A DNA stretch of 64,000 nt from Chloroflexota bacterium (GTDB lineage Bacteria > Chloroflexota > UBA11872), in the NCBI GenBank assembly GCA_965243625.1, contig CBDEVI010000002.1, forward strand, positions 1,839,751-1,903,750, given 5' to 3'. Of the stretch, positions 27,818-37,249 are shown piece by piece. The notes beneath the pieces are model-generated. The model was not told the origin of the DNA and made no database searches. It was given only the letters and a program-made list of their open reading frames with translations. A program made the translations under genes and the position numbers. Within the stretch, counting starts at the first letter, position 1, and each line of letters starts with the position of its first letter.

Positions 27818-27853
27818 CCGCGTTCGCGCAGGTCGCCGCCCCGTCTTCCCCTC

Positions 27854-28534
27854 GTGGCAGAATGCATGACTATGGCGCTGACAAGTACGGCTGAAGACTA
27901 TCTACTGGCGATCTATGGGTTGCGCGCCGAGGGCGGTCCCGTCATCGCCGCCCGCCTCGCGGAGCGCCTGGGAGTTTCGGCCCCAACCGTTTCGGCGTCG
28001 CTCGACCGGCTGGTGCGCGATGGGCACGTGTGGATCGCTCCGCAACGCGAGGTGTTCCTGACGCTTGGCGGCGAGCGCACCGCCGAGAAGCTGGCCCGCC
28101 GCCACCGGCTGATCGAGCACTGGCTGATCCGGACGCTGGGGCTCGGCTGGGCCGAGGTGCACCACGAGGCCGACCGCTTGGAGCACGCCATTTCGCCTGA
28201 GCTGACCGACCGGATTTCGGCGGCGCTGGGCCATCCGCCGACTTGCCCGCACGGATTGCCGATCCCGGGCAACTATCCGGAAACCGACGTGGGCAATCTC
28301 TTCAAGCTGTCGACGGCCGAGGTCGGGTCCAAAGTGCGGGTGGTGCGGCTCTCCGAGCCCGCGGAGGATGACAGCGAGCTTCTGCGCTATTTCGAGGAGA
28401 AGCAACTCGTCCCAGGACGCGTGATCGACGTCGTGGAGCAGACGCCGGCCGGGCACATCGTGGTGCAGGTGGACGACCAGCCGGCCGTGGTTGACGACAC
28501 GGTCGCCGCCAATCTGTGGGTGATGGCGGCGTAG
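27854..28534 (+). CDS. DtxR/IdeR/MntR-family metal-dependent transcriptional regulator with C-terminal FeoA/SH3-like domain
   Basis: 'EDYLLAIYGL...ARLAERLGVSAPTVSASLDRLVRDGHV' (wHTH), 'HRLIEHWL...AEVHHEADRLEHAIS' (metal sites) and a C-terminal 'VRVVRLSEP...GRVIDVVEQTPAGHIVVQVD' FeoA-like domain. Confidence 0.85.
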   Translation: MAECMTMALTSTAEDYLLAIYGLRAEGGPVIAARLAERLGVSAPTVSASLDRLVRDGHVWIAPQREVFLTLGGERTAEKLARRHRLIEHWLIRTLGLGWAEVHHEADRLEHAISPELTDRISAALGHPPTCPHGLPIPGNYPETDVGNLFKLSTAEVGSKVRVVRLSEPAEDDSELLRYFEEKQLVPGRVIDVVEQTPAGHIVVQVDDQPAVVDDTVAANLWVMAA

Positions 28535-28631
28535 CCGCCCGCCGCAAACGCCCCCGCGCCATGATCACTCGTCGTTCGCCGCACGCTGCGCCAATGCGCC
28601 GACGTTTTCCCCCGCACGAGCCGGCCGGCGC

Positions 28632-31214
28632 ATGACAGCCGAGGTTCGCCCGAGCCGAGTCTTTACCGTTCGGCCGGCGCTTCCGCAGCGGCTCGAGCGC
28701 TTGCGCGATCTCGCGTTCAACGTGTGGTGGGCGTGGACGCCCGCGGCGCAGGACCTGTTTCGGCGCATCGACGCCGAAGCCTGGCACGCTTCGCAGGGGA
28801 ATCCGGTGGCCGTGCTCACCCGAGCCGCTCCGGGGCAGCTCCAGGTGTTGGCCGAGGACCCGATCTTCGTCGCCGACCTCGACCGCGTGTCCGAAGCCTA
28901 TGACCAGTACTTAAGCCGCCCCACGTGGTTCGAGCAAGTGCACGGGCATTTGGAGGGACTGCGGGTGGCCTACGTCTCCATGGAGTTCGGCGTGGCGGAG
29001 TCGGTGCCCTTGTATTCAGGCGGCCTGGGCGTGCTGGCGGGCGACCAGCTTAAGGCCGCCAGCGATCTCGGGGTGCCGCTGGTCGGCGTCGGCATGCTCT
29101 ACCGCCAGGGGTACTTCCGGCAGTCGATCGATCCCTCCGGCGCGCAGCGCGAGCAGTTTCCGGAAAACGACGTGGAGGTCCTGCCCGTGGTCGCGGTGCG
29201 GGCGGGAGACGGGCAGCCGCTGACGGTCCGGGTGCCGATTGACGGGCATGAGATTGCGGTTCGGCTGTGGCGAATGGACGTGGGTCGCGTGCCGCTGATC
29301 CTGCTCGATGCCAACACGCCGGAGAACAGCCCGGCGGACCGCGAGCTCACCTCCCGCCTGTACATCGGTGACAGCGACATTCGCATTCGACAGGAGCTGC
29401 TGCTGGGCGTCGCCGGCATGCGCGCGTTGGACGCGCTCGATCTGACGCCGACCGTGGCCCATTTGAACGAGGGGCATAGCGCGTTTCTGATTCTGGAGCG
29501 CTTCCAGGCGCTGCGCGCACAGACCGGTCTCAGCGAGGCCGCGGCGATGCAGATCGTGCGCGCGACCAATGTCTTCACCACGCACACGCCGGTCGCGGCC
29601 GGCCACGACGAGTTTTCGGGGGACCAGGTCAAGCGTCATGCCGGCGCCTTCCTGCAAGCGTCGAACATCGATATCGACCACGCCCTGGCGCTGGGCCGGG
29701 TTGACGGCGCCAACGACGGCGAGCCGTTTGGCATTACCACTCTGGCCATGCGCGGTTCCGCCTGGCGCAATGGCGTGAGCGCGCTTCACGGCACCGTGAG
29801 CCGTCGGATGTGGGAGCGGCTGTGGCCGGGCGTACCGATCACCGAGGTTCCCATCGGACACGTGACCAATGGGGTGCATTTGCGCACGTGGGTGTCGCGG
29901 GAACTGAACGGCCTGCTCCAGCGCTACATGGGGCGCCATTGGGCCGAGCGCACCGATCCACAAGGCATCGAGGAAGGCTTGGCCGCCATTCCCGACGACG
30001 AGCTTTGGCGAGTGCATACGCAACGTCGCGAGCGCCTGGTGGCCAACGTCCGCCGACGCCTGCGAGCGCAAGCGGAGCATCGGGGAGCCGCGGCGCACGA
30101 GCTGGCGCAGGCGTCCGCCGCCCTACACAGCGACGTGCTCACGGTTGGGTTCGCGCGCCGCTTCGCGCTCTACAAGCGCCCAACCCTGCTGCTGCACGAC
30201 GTGGAACGGCTCAAGGCCATCGTCGCGAACTCGCACCGACCGGTGCAGATCATCTTCGCGGGCAAGGCCCATCCCAACGACGACCTGGCCAAGGACTTGC
30301 TGCGCGAAATCACGGCCATCAGCCGCGATCCGGCGTTCGAAGGTCGGCTGGTTTTCGTGGAGGACTACGACATGGGACTGGCGCGCGACCTGGTGCAGGG
30401 TTGCGACGTGTGGCTGAACCTGCCCATTCCACCGCAGGAGGCCAGCGGCACGAGCGGGATGAAGGCGGCCGCCAACGGCGTGCTCAACGCCAGCGTTCTC
30501 GACGGTTGGTGGGACGAGGCCTACACGCCCGAGGCGGGTTGGGCGATTGGCCGGGCGGATGTTGACGACGAACGGCAGCGGGACGCGAGCGACGCTGGGG
30601 CGATCTACGACCTGCTCGAGCACACGGTGGCCCCACTGTTCTACGACGTCGGGGCGGGAGAGACGCCGACGGCCTGGGTCCGAATGGCGCGGCGCTCGAT
30701 GGCCCTGGCGCTGACGAGGTTCAGCGCGAATCGAATGGTCCAAGATTATGTCGAGTCATTCTACGGTCCCGCGCACCTCCTCGGCCGGAGCCTGCGCGAG
30801 CACCAGGGCAGTGCGGCCACCGAGCTCGCCCACTGGCTCGACCACGTGGTGACGCAATGGCCCCACGTGCACATCATGGAGGTTCAGGCCGACGGACCAA
30901 GCCAGGTTGACGCCGGCGTGGTCGTGCCGGTGCGAACCCGTGTGGCCCTGGCGGGGCTGAGTCCCGACGACGTGACGGTCGAGGTGTTCGTGGGACACGT
31001 GGACTTCGACGGTGCACTGATCGGCGGTCGGGCCGAGGTGACGGAGCATGCAAGCGCGGACTCAGACGGCGCCCACTGGTTCGCGGGACGCGCGGTGCTG
31101 TCCCAAAGCGGACGCCTGGGCATTGCCGTCCGAGTGATTCCACGCCATTCCCTGCTGGCCGGGCCGTACGATACCGGGCTGATTCGCTGGAGCGAGGCGG
31201 CGGGCGCGACCTGA
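28632..31214 (+). CDS. glgP: Alpha-glucan (glycogen/maltodextrin) phosphorylase, GT35, DUF3417-type N-terminus
   Basis: 860 aa: 'LAFNVWWAWTPAAQDLFRRID', 'YVSMEFGVAESVPLYSGGLGVLAGD' and the PLP-lysine region 'IIFAGKAHPND'. Confidence 0.85.
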   Translation: MTAEVRPSRVFTVRPALPQRLERLRDLAFNVWWAWTPAAQDLFRRIDAEAWHASQGNPVAVLTRAAPGQLQVLAEDPIFVADLDRVSEAYDQYLSRPTWFEQVHGHLEGLRVAYVSMEFGVAESVPLYSGGLGVLAGDQLKAASDLGVPLVGVGMLYRQGYFRQSIDPSGAQREQFPENDVEVLPVVAVRAGDGQPLTVRVPIDGHEIAVRLWRMDVGRVPLILLDANTPENSPADRELTSRLYIGDSDIRIRQELLLGVAGMRALDALDLTPTVAHLNEGHSAFLILERFQALRAQTGLSEAAAMQIVRATNVFTTHTPVAAGHDEFSGDQVKRHAGAFLQASNIDIDHALALGRVDGANDGEPFGITTLAMRGSAWRNGVSALHGTVSRRMWERLWPGVPITEVPIGHVTNGVHLRTWVSRELNGLLQRYMGRHWAERTDPQGIEEGLAAIPDDELWRVHTQRRERLVANVRRRLRAQAEHRGAAAHELAQASAALHSDVLTVGFARRFALYKRPTLLLHDVERLKAIVANSHRPVQIIFAGKAHPNDDLAKDLLREITAISRDPAFEGRLVFVEDYDMGLARDLVQGCDVWLNLPIPPQEASGTSGMKAAANGVLNASVLDGWWDEAYTPEAGWAIGRADVDDERQRDASDAGAIYDLLEHTVAPLFYDVGAGETPTAWVRMARRSMALALTRFSANRMVQDYVESFYGPAHLLGRSLREHQGSAATELAHWLDHVVTQWPHVHIMEVQADGPSQVDAGVVVPVRTRVALAGLSPDDVTVEVFVGHVDFDGALIGGRAEVTEHASADSDGAHWFAGRAVLSQSGRLGIAVRVIPRHSLLAGPYDTGLIRWSEAAGAT

Positions 31215-31341
31215 TGCATGGGCGTCGGGCAGCGGCCGCGTCTTTTGTGAGTGACCCCTCAAGCGTTTACCCTGAGGTACCGTTCCGGCCGGCAGACCGG
31301 TCGGACAGCGCTTGCGCCGACACAGGAGGAATCCCCCGTCG

Positions 31342-31599
31342 ATGACGTACGTAATTGCCGAGCCATGCATCGGTACGAAGGACGCCTCGTGCGTGGACGT
31401 TTGCCCTGTCGACTGCATCCATCCGGGTCCAGACGCGCCCGAGCATGAGGCGGCCGACATGCTCTACATCGACCCCGTGGAGTGCATCGACTGCGGCGCC
31501 TGTGAGCCGGTATGCCCCGTGACGGCGATCTTCCCGGACTTCGACGTGCCCGAGGAGTGGGCGCACTACACGGAGATCAACGCGGACTACTTCGCGTAG
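31342..31599 (+). CDS. fdxA: Ferredoxin (7Fe/2x[4Fe-4S]-type, FdxA-like)
   Basis: '[29 protein letters not shown]...[18 protein letters not shown]' carries two Cys clusters. 85 aa from the Met at 31342. Confidence 0.8.
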   Translation: MTYVIAEPCIGTKDASCVDVCPVDCIHPGPDAPEHEAADMLYIDPVECIDCGACEPVCPVTAIFPDFDVPEEWAHYTEINADYFA

Positions 31600-31609
31600 C
31601 CCGCCGCTC

Positions 31610-31626
31610 GGCGCCTAGGCGGCGCC
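31610..31626. terminator. GC-rich hairpin GGCGCC-tag gc-GGCGCC between convergent fdx and glycoside-hydrolase genes (possible bidirectional terminator)
   Basis: Read directly. It overlaps the GH stop codon and has no clear U-tract. Confidence 0.25.
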
Positions 31627-32991
31627 CTTGTGCATGGCCGCCAGCGCCTCATATGAGGGGCGGGGCGAGCCGTCGGGGCGCAGGACGCCGAAGGGGAACT
31701 TCTCATCTTCCGGTCCCACGACGGACTGGAAGTTGAGATTCCACACGAAAGCGTGGGTGATGTAGTCGTATTGCTCGCGCACGAGCCGAATGGCATCGAC
31801 GAGAAACTCCGCCTGATCGGCCTCGGAGTTGTCGACGCCGTAGCCGTAGGCCGGATCCTGATTGGCGGTTGACCAGCCGAATTCGGTCATCCAGATGGGC
31901 TTCGCCCCGTCGCCGAACTCCTCCATGACCGCCCGGTGCTGCGTGAAGCGCTGGAAGTAGAAGCTCGCATGACCGTTCCAGCCATCGCCGCGCGGAGATC
32001 CGATCTCCTGGCGCGGAGCATTGTTGAATCCCCCCGGGTGGATGCCCCAGGCGTCGAATCCGTCGCGGACGATCCCGTCGTTGTACTCATACATGCGGCG
32101 GAGGAACGACACATCGTCCACGGCCTGCACCTGCTGGTCGGGAATGTCGACATCGCCGGCGGGTGTGAGGGCGCCGCCAATGCTCACGGCGTCGGGATCG
32201 CCGGCGCGCACTCCACGGCGGCCCGCCAGGAGAAGCTCCACGAACTCTCCGGCGTTGATGCGGCCGTAGCCCCACTCGCGTGAGAGATTGGCCTCGTTCC
32301 ACAGCTCGTAGGCCTGCACGGCGCCCCGATACCGGGACGAAATGACCTGCATGAAGTCTTCGAAGTCCTTGGGGTCGGCTGGAGGGCCGTGCGCCCCCTC
32401 GCCGAGCGCCCAGCCGGGCGCGCGCACGACGCTGAGCAGCAAGTTCAATCCGGCGTCCGAAGTGGCGGTCACGATCTTGTCCAGCTCCCGCCAGTCGTAG
32501 CCACCCTTTTCGATCGGCTCGGTCTGGCTCCATTCCACCTGCTGCTTGAGCCAGTTGAATCCGGCGTCGAGCGTCCGGCTGACAATGAGGTCGCGGTCCT
32601 GGTTATAGATATGGGCCTGAAAGCCATAGCCATCGAGGCGGCGAAGCGCCGCGTCGGGGTCATTCGGATCGGGAGTCGGCACCGCCGGACTTGGCGCCAC
32701 CGGGGCCGGGGTGACGGGACTCGGCGTGGCCGGGTCCGGCGTGGATGGGCTCGGCGTGACTGGGCTCGGCGTAATGACCTTGGGCGTGAGCACGCCCGCG
32801 GTGACCGCGGAGCCCGCCGGCGTCGGCGTCGGCTCGGCGGGTGCGGAAACGGTTGCGGCGTCGGTCACACCGTTTCCGGATTCGCCACAGGCCAGAGTGG
32901 CCGCTCCGGCCGCGAGGACGGTGAGCAAGCGTCGCCTCGACCACCGTGGCGGCATGGAAATCGGCACTGTGCGACGTATCCTTGAGTACAA
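31615..32991 (-). CDS. Secreted glycoside hydrolase (clan GH-A, cellulase/GH5- or GH39-like) with Tat/lipoprotein-like signal and Pro/Thr/Ser-rich linker
   Basis: 'YELWNEAN' and 'IWMTEFGW' are the clan GH-A acid/base and nucleophile motifs. N-terminal 'SRRRLLTVLAAGAATLACG' resembles a Tat signal plus lipobox. A linker 'TPSPVTPSPSTPDPATPSPVTPAPVAPSP' follows. A possible start is the Met at ~32955. Confidence 0.7.
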   Translation of the reverse strand: MYSRIRRTVPISMPPRWSRRRLLTVLAAGAATLACGESGNGVTDAATVSAPAEPTPTPAGSAVTAGVLTPKVITPSPVTPSPSTPDPATPSPVTPAPVAPSPAVPTPDPNDPDAALRRLDGYGFQAHIYNQDRDLIVSRTLDAGFNWLKQQVEWSQTEPIEKGGYDWRELDKIVTATSDAGLNLLLSVVRAPGWALGEGAHGPPADPKDFEDFMQVISSRYRGAVQAYELWNEANLSREWGYGRINAGEFVELLLAGRRGVRAGDPDAVSIGGALTPAGDVDIPDQQVQAVDDVSFLRRMYEYNDGIVRDGFDAWGIHPGGFNNAPRQEIGSPRGDGWNGHASFYFQRFTQHRAVMEEFGDGAKPIWMTEFGWSTANQDPAYGYGVDNSEADQAEFLVDAIRLVREQYDYITHAFVWNLNFQSVVGPEDEKFPFGVLRPDGSPRPSYEALAAMHKGAA

Positions 32992-33079
32992 ACCGCGTGG
33001 ATGGTATCAAGGCGGGGATGGCGCGCCGGCGACCGCCAACCCGCGCCTCCCAACCAACCGTCGCTAGAGGAAGGTCCGC

Positions 33080-33943
33080 ATGGCCCAGCGTAGATACGGC
33101 AATTCAGCCCTTGGCATCGGTGTAATCCTTGTGATCGCGGTGATCATCATCGGGCTGTTCAGCATCCGCTTCGTGGGTGTTGGCGAGGTCGGGGTGATTC
33201 ACACGTTCGGGGTCGTGGACCCGGTACCAAAGCCGCAGGGCCTGCTGCTGAAGCTGCCGTGGGCGACGCTGGACACCTACAGCGTGCGGACGCAGTCGAT
33301 CACGATGAGCTCGCGCGCCGAGGAAGTTGGAGCCTCCGATCAGACCGTGCGGACGCTGACCTCCGAAGGGTTGTCAGTCGGCCTCGACATCACGACGCTC
33401 TTTGTGCTCAATTTCGCCAATGCGCCGGAGGTGCGCAATAACGTCGGGCCGGAAGGCGTCTACCAGGAAATCATTGTTCGGCCGGCCATTCGCGACGCGA
33501 TTCGCGACGTCGTGGCCCAATACACGGCCGAGGCGCTCTACACGACGGCTCGTGAGGAAATCAGCAGCCGCATCCAAGACCAGTTGGACGAGTTGCTCAA
33601 TCCGCGCGGCGTTGCCATCCAGAACGTGCTGTTGCGCGACGTGACCCTGCCGGCGGTGATCACCCAGGCCATCGAGAACAAGCTGGCCGCCGAGCAAGCG
33701 ATTCAGGAACGCCGCTTCCGGGTCGACGAGGCCAAGGAAGAGGCCCAGCGGCGAATCGAAGAGGCGAACGGTATCGCCGAAGCCAACAATCGCATCAACG
33801 AATCGCTGACTCCCAGGGTGCTGCAGGACAAGTACATCCAGGCGCTGCGCGAGATGGGCTCGGGGAGCGTGGTGTACGTGCCCACGAATCCCGAAACCGG
33901 GTTGCCGGTGATTTTGGGCACCCCGGAGCTCGGATCGAGCTAG
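33080..33943 (+). CDS. SPFH/band-7 (prohibitin/HflC-like) membrane protein
   Basis: N-terminal TM 'LGIGVILVIAVIIIGLF', then an SPFH core ('GEVGVIHTFGVV...', 'LSVGLDITTLFVL') and a coiled-coil tail 'AAEQAIQERRFRVDEAKEEAQRRIEEANGIAEANN'. Confidence 0.8.
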   Translation: MAQRRYGNSALGIGVILVIAVIIIGLFSIRFVGVGEVGVIHTFGVVDPVPKPQGLLLKLPWATLDTYSVRTQSITMSSRAEEVGASDQTVRTLTSEGLSVGLDITTLFVLNFANAPEVRNNVGPEGVYQEIIVRPAIRDAIRDVVAQYTAEALYTTAREEISSRIQDQLDELLNPRGVAIQNVLLRDVTLPAVITQAIENKLAAEQAIQERRFRVDEAKEEAQRRIEEANGIAEANNRINESLTPRVLQDKYIQALREMGSGSVVYVPTNPETGLPVILGTPELGSS

Positions 33944-34004
33944 CGACTGACGGAAGCGTCCGAGCCGTAGGGCAGGATGCCGCCGGGCTCGACCCGGCGG
34001 CGAT

Positions 34005-34079
34005 GGGCGATTAGCTCAGCTGGGAGAGCGCTACGTTTACACCGTAGAAGTCGCAGGTTCGAGTCCTGCATCGCCCACC
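34005..34079 (+). tRNA. tRNA-Val (anticodon TAC)
   Basis: GGGCGAT-TA-GCTC-AGCTGGGA-GAGC-G-CTACG-TTTACAC-CGTAG-AAGTC-GCAGG-TTCGAGT-CCTGC-ATCGCCC-A-CC folds as a cloverleaf with 7/4/5/5-bp stems and a TTCGA T-loop. CC is encoded; the final A is not. Confidence 0.9.
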
Positions 34080-34314
34080 GGGGCCGGGCGTCACCGGCAA
34101 TCGCAGCGTCCTCACTTGTGACGGCGCGGCCACGCCGACACTCCCGAGGCGACCAGCGCCGGTGACATCGGCCACCGCTCCCCAGGCGCCACCGACCCCG
34201 ACGTGACGGCAGGAATCACGGGGGACGCCCTGTGCGTGACGGACGAGGTTTGCTTGCTATCCCCACCGCCAACGCCGGCGGCTGGGATAGCGGTTCTGGA
34301 TGCGAGCCAACCCC

Positions 34315-35007
34315 TTAGCTCGGAACCTCGAGCAGCGCCAGAATTGGCTCGACATGTGCGTGAGTCGGCAGGGGCTCCCGCCGGTCCCACCAGCGAAAGT
34401 CTCTGATTTCGGCTCCGAGCCGCACCTCACCGTCCGCCTCGACACGGAAGACGTGGTGCCGGTTCACGGAACTCGCCCACTGGAACAGGTAGTCCACCCG
34501 TGTCGCCGTGAGGCCCGTTTCCTCGCGCAACTCTCGAACCGCCGCTTCCGCAGGCTGCTCCCCCGGCTCGATGCCTCCGCCTGGAATCGAGAAGTGGCCG
34601 GACCCGCCCCGGACGAGCAGCACGCTGCCACTTCGAATGACTACCACGGTGGCCCGCTGGCGGAGTCCATCCGTCGGGGGCGCCGGGTGCACGCACTCGT
34701 ACTCCCAGCGCCAGCGGCGTAGGTGCCGCCCCGCCTCCAAATCTCCATCACCCCAGACGCGATAGAACAGATCACCGATTTCGTACGGCTCTTGGTGGAG
34801 CGTGCGCCCGTCCCAGGTGACGATGCGGGGGTCGCCTGGATCCCAGGCGGGCGTGCACACATCGAGGCCTGATGGCTGGTCAGGAATCGCGCCATCGGCG
34901 GCGGATACCGCGGATACCGAAAGGGCCGTGGCGACCAGAATGGCCGTCACCACGCCGGCAACCCGCCTCATGCTCACGGCCTCGTCATCTCTCGGACGTG
35001 CGTGCAC
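34315..35007 (-). CDS. NUDIX hydrolase with N-terminal signal peptide and an extra Cys-containing domain (predicted exported)
   Basis: Nudix box 'IPGGGIEPGEQPAEAAVRELREETGL'. It is preceded by 'MRRVAGVVTAILVATALSVSAVSAADG' (signal-peptide-like) and a ~100-aa region with three Cys. Confidence 0.7.
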   Translation of the reverse strand: MHARPRDDEAVSMRRVAGVVTAILVATALSVSAVSAADGAIPDQPSGLDVCTPAWDPGDPRIVTWDGRTLHQEPYEIGDLFYRVWGDGDLEAGRHLRRWRWEYECVHPAPPTDGLRQRATVVVIRSGSVLLVRGGSGHFSIPGGGIEPGEQPAEAAVRELREETGLTATRVDYLFQWASSVNRHHVFRVEADGEVRLGAEIRDFRWWDRREPLPTHAHVEPILALLEVPS

Positions 35008-35304
35008 ATCTGACCAGAACGATGTGACTACCGGTCATTCGCCACAATCGCACCAGAACTGCCGCCTGACTGCAACCCGCGCCCGGTCCGACGACCGGGC
35101 CCAACCATGGGATCGGTGCGTCGAATGCCTGTCAACGACTTCGCGCACGGTCACCGGCCCTCGGGTGACTGACTTCCCGCGGATTGACGATTCGAGGCTA
35201 CGGTGGCGGAGTGAGCTGCACCGACGTTTCGCAGCAGAAGGCCCGTAGTACAGTGCAGGCTCGCCCACCGGCATCGCGCGATGACCCGTCGGGGCCGTGC
35301 GCAT

Positions 35305-35380
35305 GGCGAGATAGCTCAGTCGGTAGAGCAGTGGACTGAAAATCCATGTGTCGCCAGTTCGATTCTGGCTCTCGCCACCA
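35305..35380 (+). tRNA. tRNA-Phe (anticodon GAA)
   Basis: GGCGAGA-TA-GCTC-AGTCGGTA-GAGC-A-GTGGA-CTGAAAA-TCCAT-GTGTC-GCCAG-TTCGATT-CTGGC-TCTCGCC-A-CCA is a canonical cloverleaf with CCA encoded. Confidence 0.9.
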
Positions 35381-35509
35381 GGAAGTTCTTCCTATCCGAT
35401 TGGCGCAGGGGGCGCAGCGCCCCACGGACTCAACCTGGCACTAGATTCCTGCCTTCGGAGACTCTTGCAAAACCAGGCCAAGTTTGAGGATTACCGGGTG
35501 AGTCCTATC

Positions 35510-35640
35510 CGCTCCGAGGTTCAATGAAGGGTGGATTCCCGCCTTCGCGGGAATGACGAAGGATTACGCAACGGTCTCCCTTCGCGGGAATGACGGAGGG
35601 GGCCGCCGAGGATTCTCTTCGTCGGAACGACGCATCAGGG
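35510..35640. repeat. MITE/REP-like composite repeat with two 'CTTCGCGGGAATGACG' hairpin halves
   Basis: 'ccgaggttcaatgaagGGTGGATTCCCGCCTTCGCGGGAATGACGaaggattacgcaacggtctcCCTTCGCGGGAATGACGGAGGgg…' is near-collinear with the copies at 8.9, 50.8 and 56.8 kb. Confidence 0.6.
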
Positions 35641-35671
35641 TGGCTCACTCGCCGACCCTGCGCCAGCGGTG

Positions 35672-36352
35672 CTAGCAGCCGCTGTAGATAGTCATGCTGG
35701 GTAGGCAGCCGAAGTTGATCTTGGTGGTCCGAATCGTGACTTCCTCCACCGGCGCCGACGTCTCGCCGTCCGGTCCCGGACCCAGCGCCACGCCGCCGAT
35801 CTTGTCCAGCGTCGCCAACGACGGCGCGTGGTTCTCCTTGACGCGTCCGAAGATGGTGTAGTTGGGCGGCAACTCGGCGTCCGAGAGGTCGTTGAGAATG
35901 ATGTAGAAGCGTGATCCGTTCGAGTTTGGCGCGCCGGTATTGGCCATGACCAGATCACCGCGACGGTAGGGCTGCTGCGGGGCCTCGATCTCGAACGTAT
36001 AGCCCGCGTCGCCCGTTCCCGTGCCGGTGGCGTCGCCGGTCTCGATGAGCACGCCCGGCACCACGCGATGCACGGTGATGCCGTCGTAGTAGCCCTCCTG
36101 GGCCAGGAACAGGAAGCTATTGACCGCCCGCGGCGCCTCTTGCGGCACCAGGTTGAAGGTCATCCGTCCAAGGCTCGTGGTGAGAACGACGCTGTAGGGT
36201 CGAAGCTCCTCAACCGTCATCTCCGGCTCGGCGGCGAACGTCGGCGGGCCCTCGGGCTCCGCCTCTCCGCACGCGGCGACCGCAACTGCCGCGATCGCTA
36301 CGACCAACGCAATCACGATTGCTCGCCACATTGACGTTTGCTCCGCATCCAT
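35672..36352 (-). CDS. Cyclophilin-type peptidyl-prolyl cis-trans isomerase, lipoprotein, with C-terminal Cys-X11-Cys tail (…KINFGCLPSMTIYSGC)
   Basis: The cyclophilin core 'FHRVVPGVLIETGD', 'GYTFEIEAPQQPYRRGDLVMANTGAPNSNGSRFYIIL' and signal 'MWRAIVIALVVAIAAVAVAACGE' (lipobox). The track ORF extends to 36583; the start is chosen at the Met before the signal peptide. Confidence 0.8.
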   Translation of the reverse strand: MDAEQTSMWRAIVIALVVAIAAVAVAACGEAEPEGPPTFAAEPEMTVEELRPYSVVLTTSLGRMTFNLVPQEAPRAVNSFLFLAQEGYYDGITVHRVVPGVLIETGDATGTGTGDAGYTFEIEAPQQPYRRGDLVMANTGAPNSNGSRFYIILNDLSDAELPPNYTIFGRVKENHAPSLATLDKIGGVALGPGPDGETSAPVEEVTIRTTKINFGCLPSMTIYSGC

Positions 36353-36430
36353 CCGCCGGTTCTCCCGACATTCTGCCGTGTCGGCCGCCCTCTCGCCATG
36401 CAAGGCCCGCTGAGCTGACCAACGACCCGC

Positions 36431-37249
36431 ATGCGCTACGGTTTGCGGACGCGCCCGGAACGCCGGCAGGCGAGAGGGGAGTTCGTGAGCGTCGACATCG
36501 ACCAATGCGTCGCCGACGTCCTGGACATTGGCCACTGCGTCTTGCCCAATCACTTTCCCAAGTCGGCGATCGACGCGTTCCACGAAGGATTCCTACCGCT
36601 GCTGGGGGAGGTGGCGGCCCGCATTCCCGAAGGCAATCGCCGCGCCAACCGCTGGGCCATCGGCCTGCCCTTCGCCCCGCCGTTCTATCAGTCCGCGTTC
36701 TTTGGGGACGACACGGTGAACGAGATCGTGGGACGCATCCTGGGCGAAGGCATGTTCATCGCCTACTACGGCACCGATACGCCGGTCGCGGGATCCGAAG
36801 ACCAGCAGGTGCACTCGGACATCCGCCCGCTGTTCCCGGAGCAACCGGACCTGCGCTATCCGCCGCCGACGCTCTCCGTGCGGTTCACGAGCGTGGACAT
36901 GGCGCTCGAAAACGGGCCCTACAGCACGTCGGAGCGCACCCAGCACCTCACGCGCGACGAGGCACAGGCCAAACTCGCCGCGGGGGAGATCGAGCTCGCG
37001 CCGCTGCTGCTCCGCGCCGGCGACGTGCTCATCAGCGACGCCCGCACGCTGCACCGCGGCACGGCGAATCGCACGGACGAGCCGCGTCCCTTCGCCGTGA
37101 TCGTCTACAACCGCGACTGGTACCACCTGGAAGGCGAACTGCGGCTGGAGGCCAACGAAAACACGCCGATGCTGCTGGAGTCGTTCTACCAGTCGCTGCC
37201 GCCGGCCGAGCAAAACCTCCTCCGGCGAGTACCAAGGACGGATGGCTAG
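36431..37249 (+). CDS. Phytanoyl-CoA dioxygenase (PhyH)-family Fe(II)/2-oxoglutarate oxygenase
   Basis: 'QVHSDIRPLFPEQ' (HxD...) and 'LHRGTANRT' (distal His/Arg) in a double-stranded beta-helix family context. 272 aa; an alternative start is the GTG at ~36485. Confidence 0.65.
   Translation: MRYGLRTRPERRQARGEFVSVDIDQCVADVLDIGHCVLPNHFPKSAIDAFHEGFLPLLGEVAARIPEGNRRANRWAIGLPFAPPFYQSAFFGDDTVNEIVGRILGEGMFIAYYGTDTPVAGSEDQQVHSDIRPLFPEQPDLRYPPPTLSVRFTSVDMALENGPYSTSERTQHLTRDEAQAKLAAGEIELAPLLLRAGDVLISDARTLHRGTANRTDEPRPFAVIVYNRDWYHLEGELRLEANENTPMLLESFYQSLPPAEQNLLRRVPRTDG

Noticed and set aside
32690-32860. Regularly repeating 'ggcgtggccgggtccggcgtgg…' DNA suggestive of a CRISPR- or VNTR-like array
   Set aside because: It is the coding sequence of the Pro/Thr/Ser-rich linker (TPSPVTPSPSTP…) of the secreted glycoside hydrolase on the opposite strand. 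It has no spacer-repeat architecture and no cas genes.
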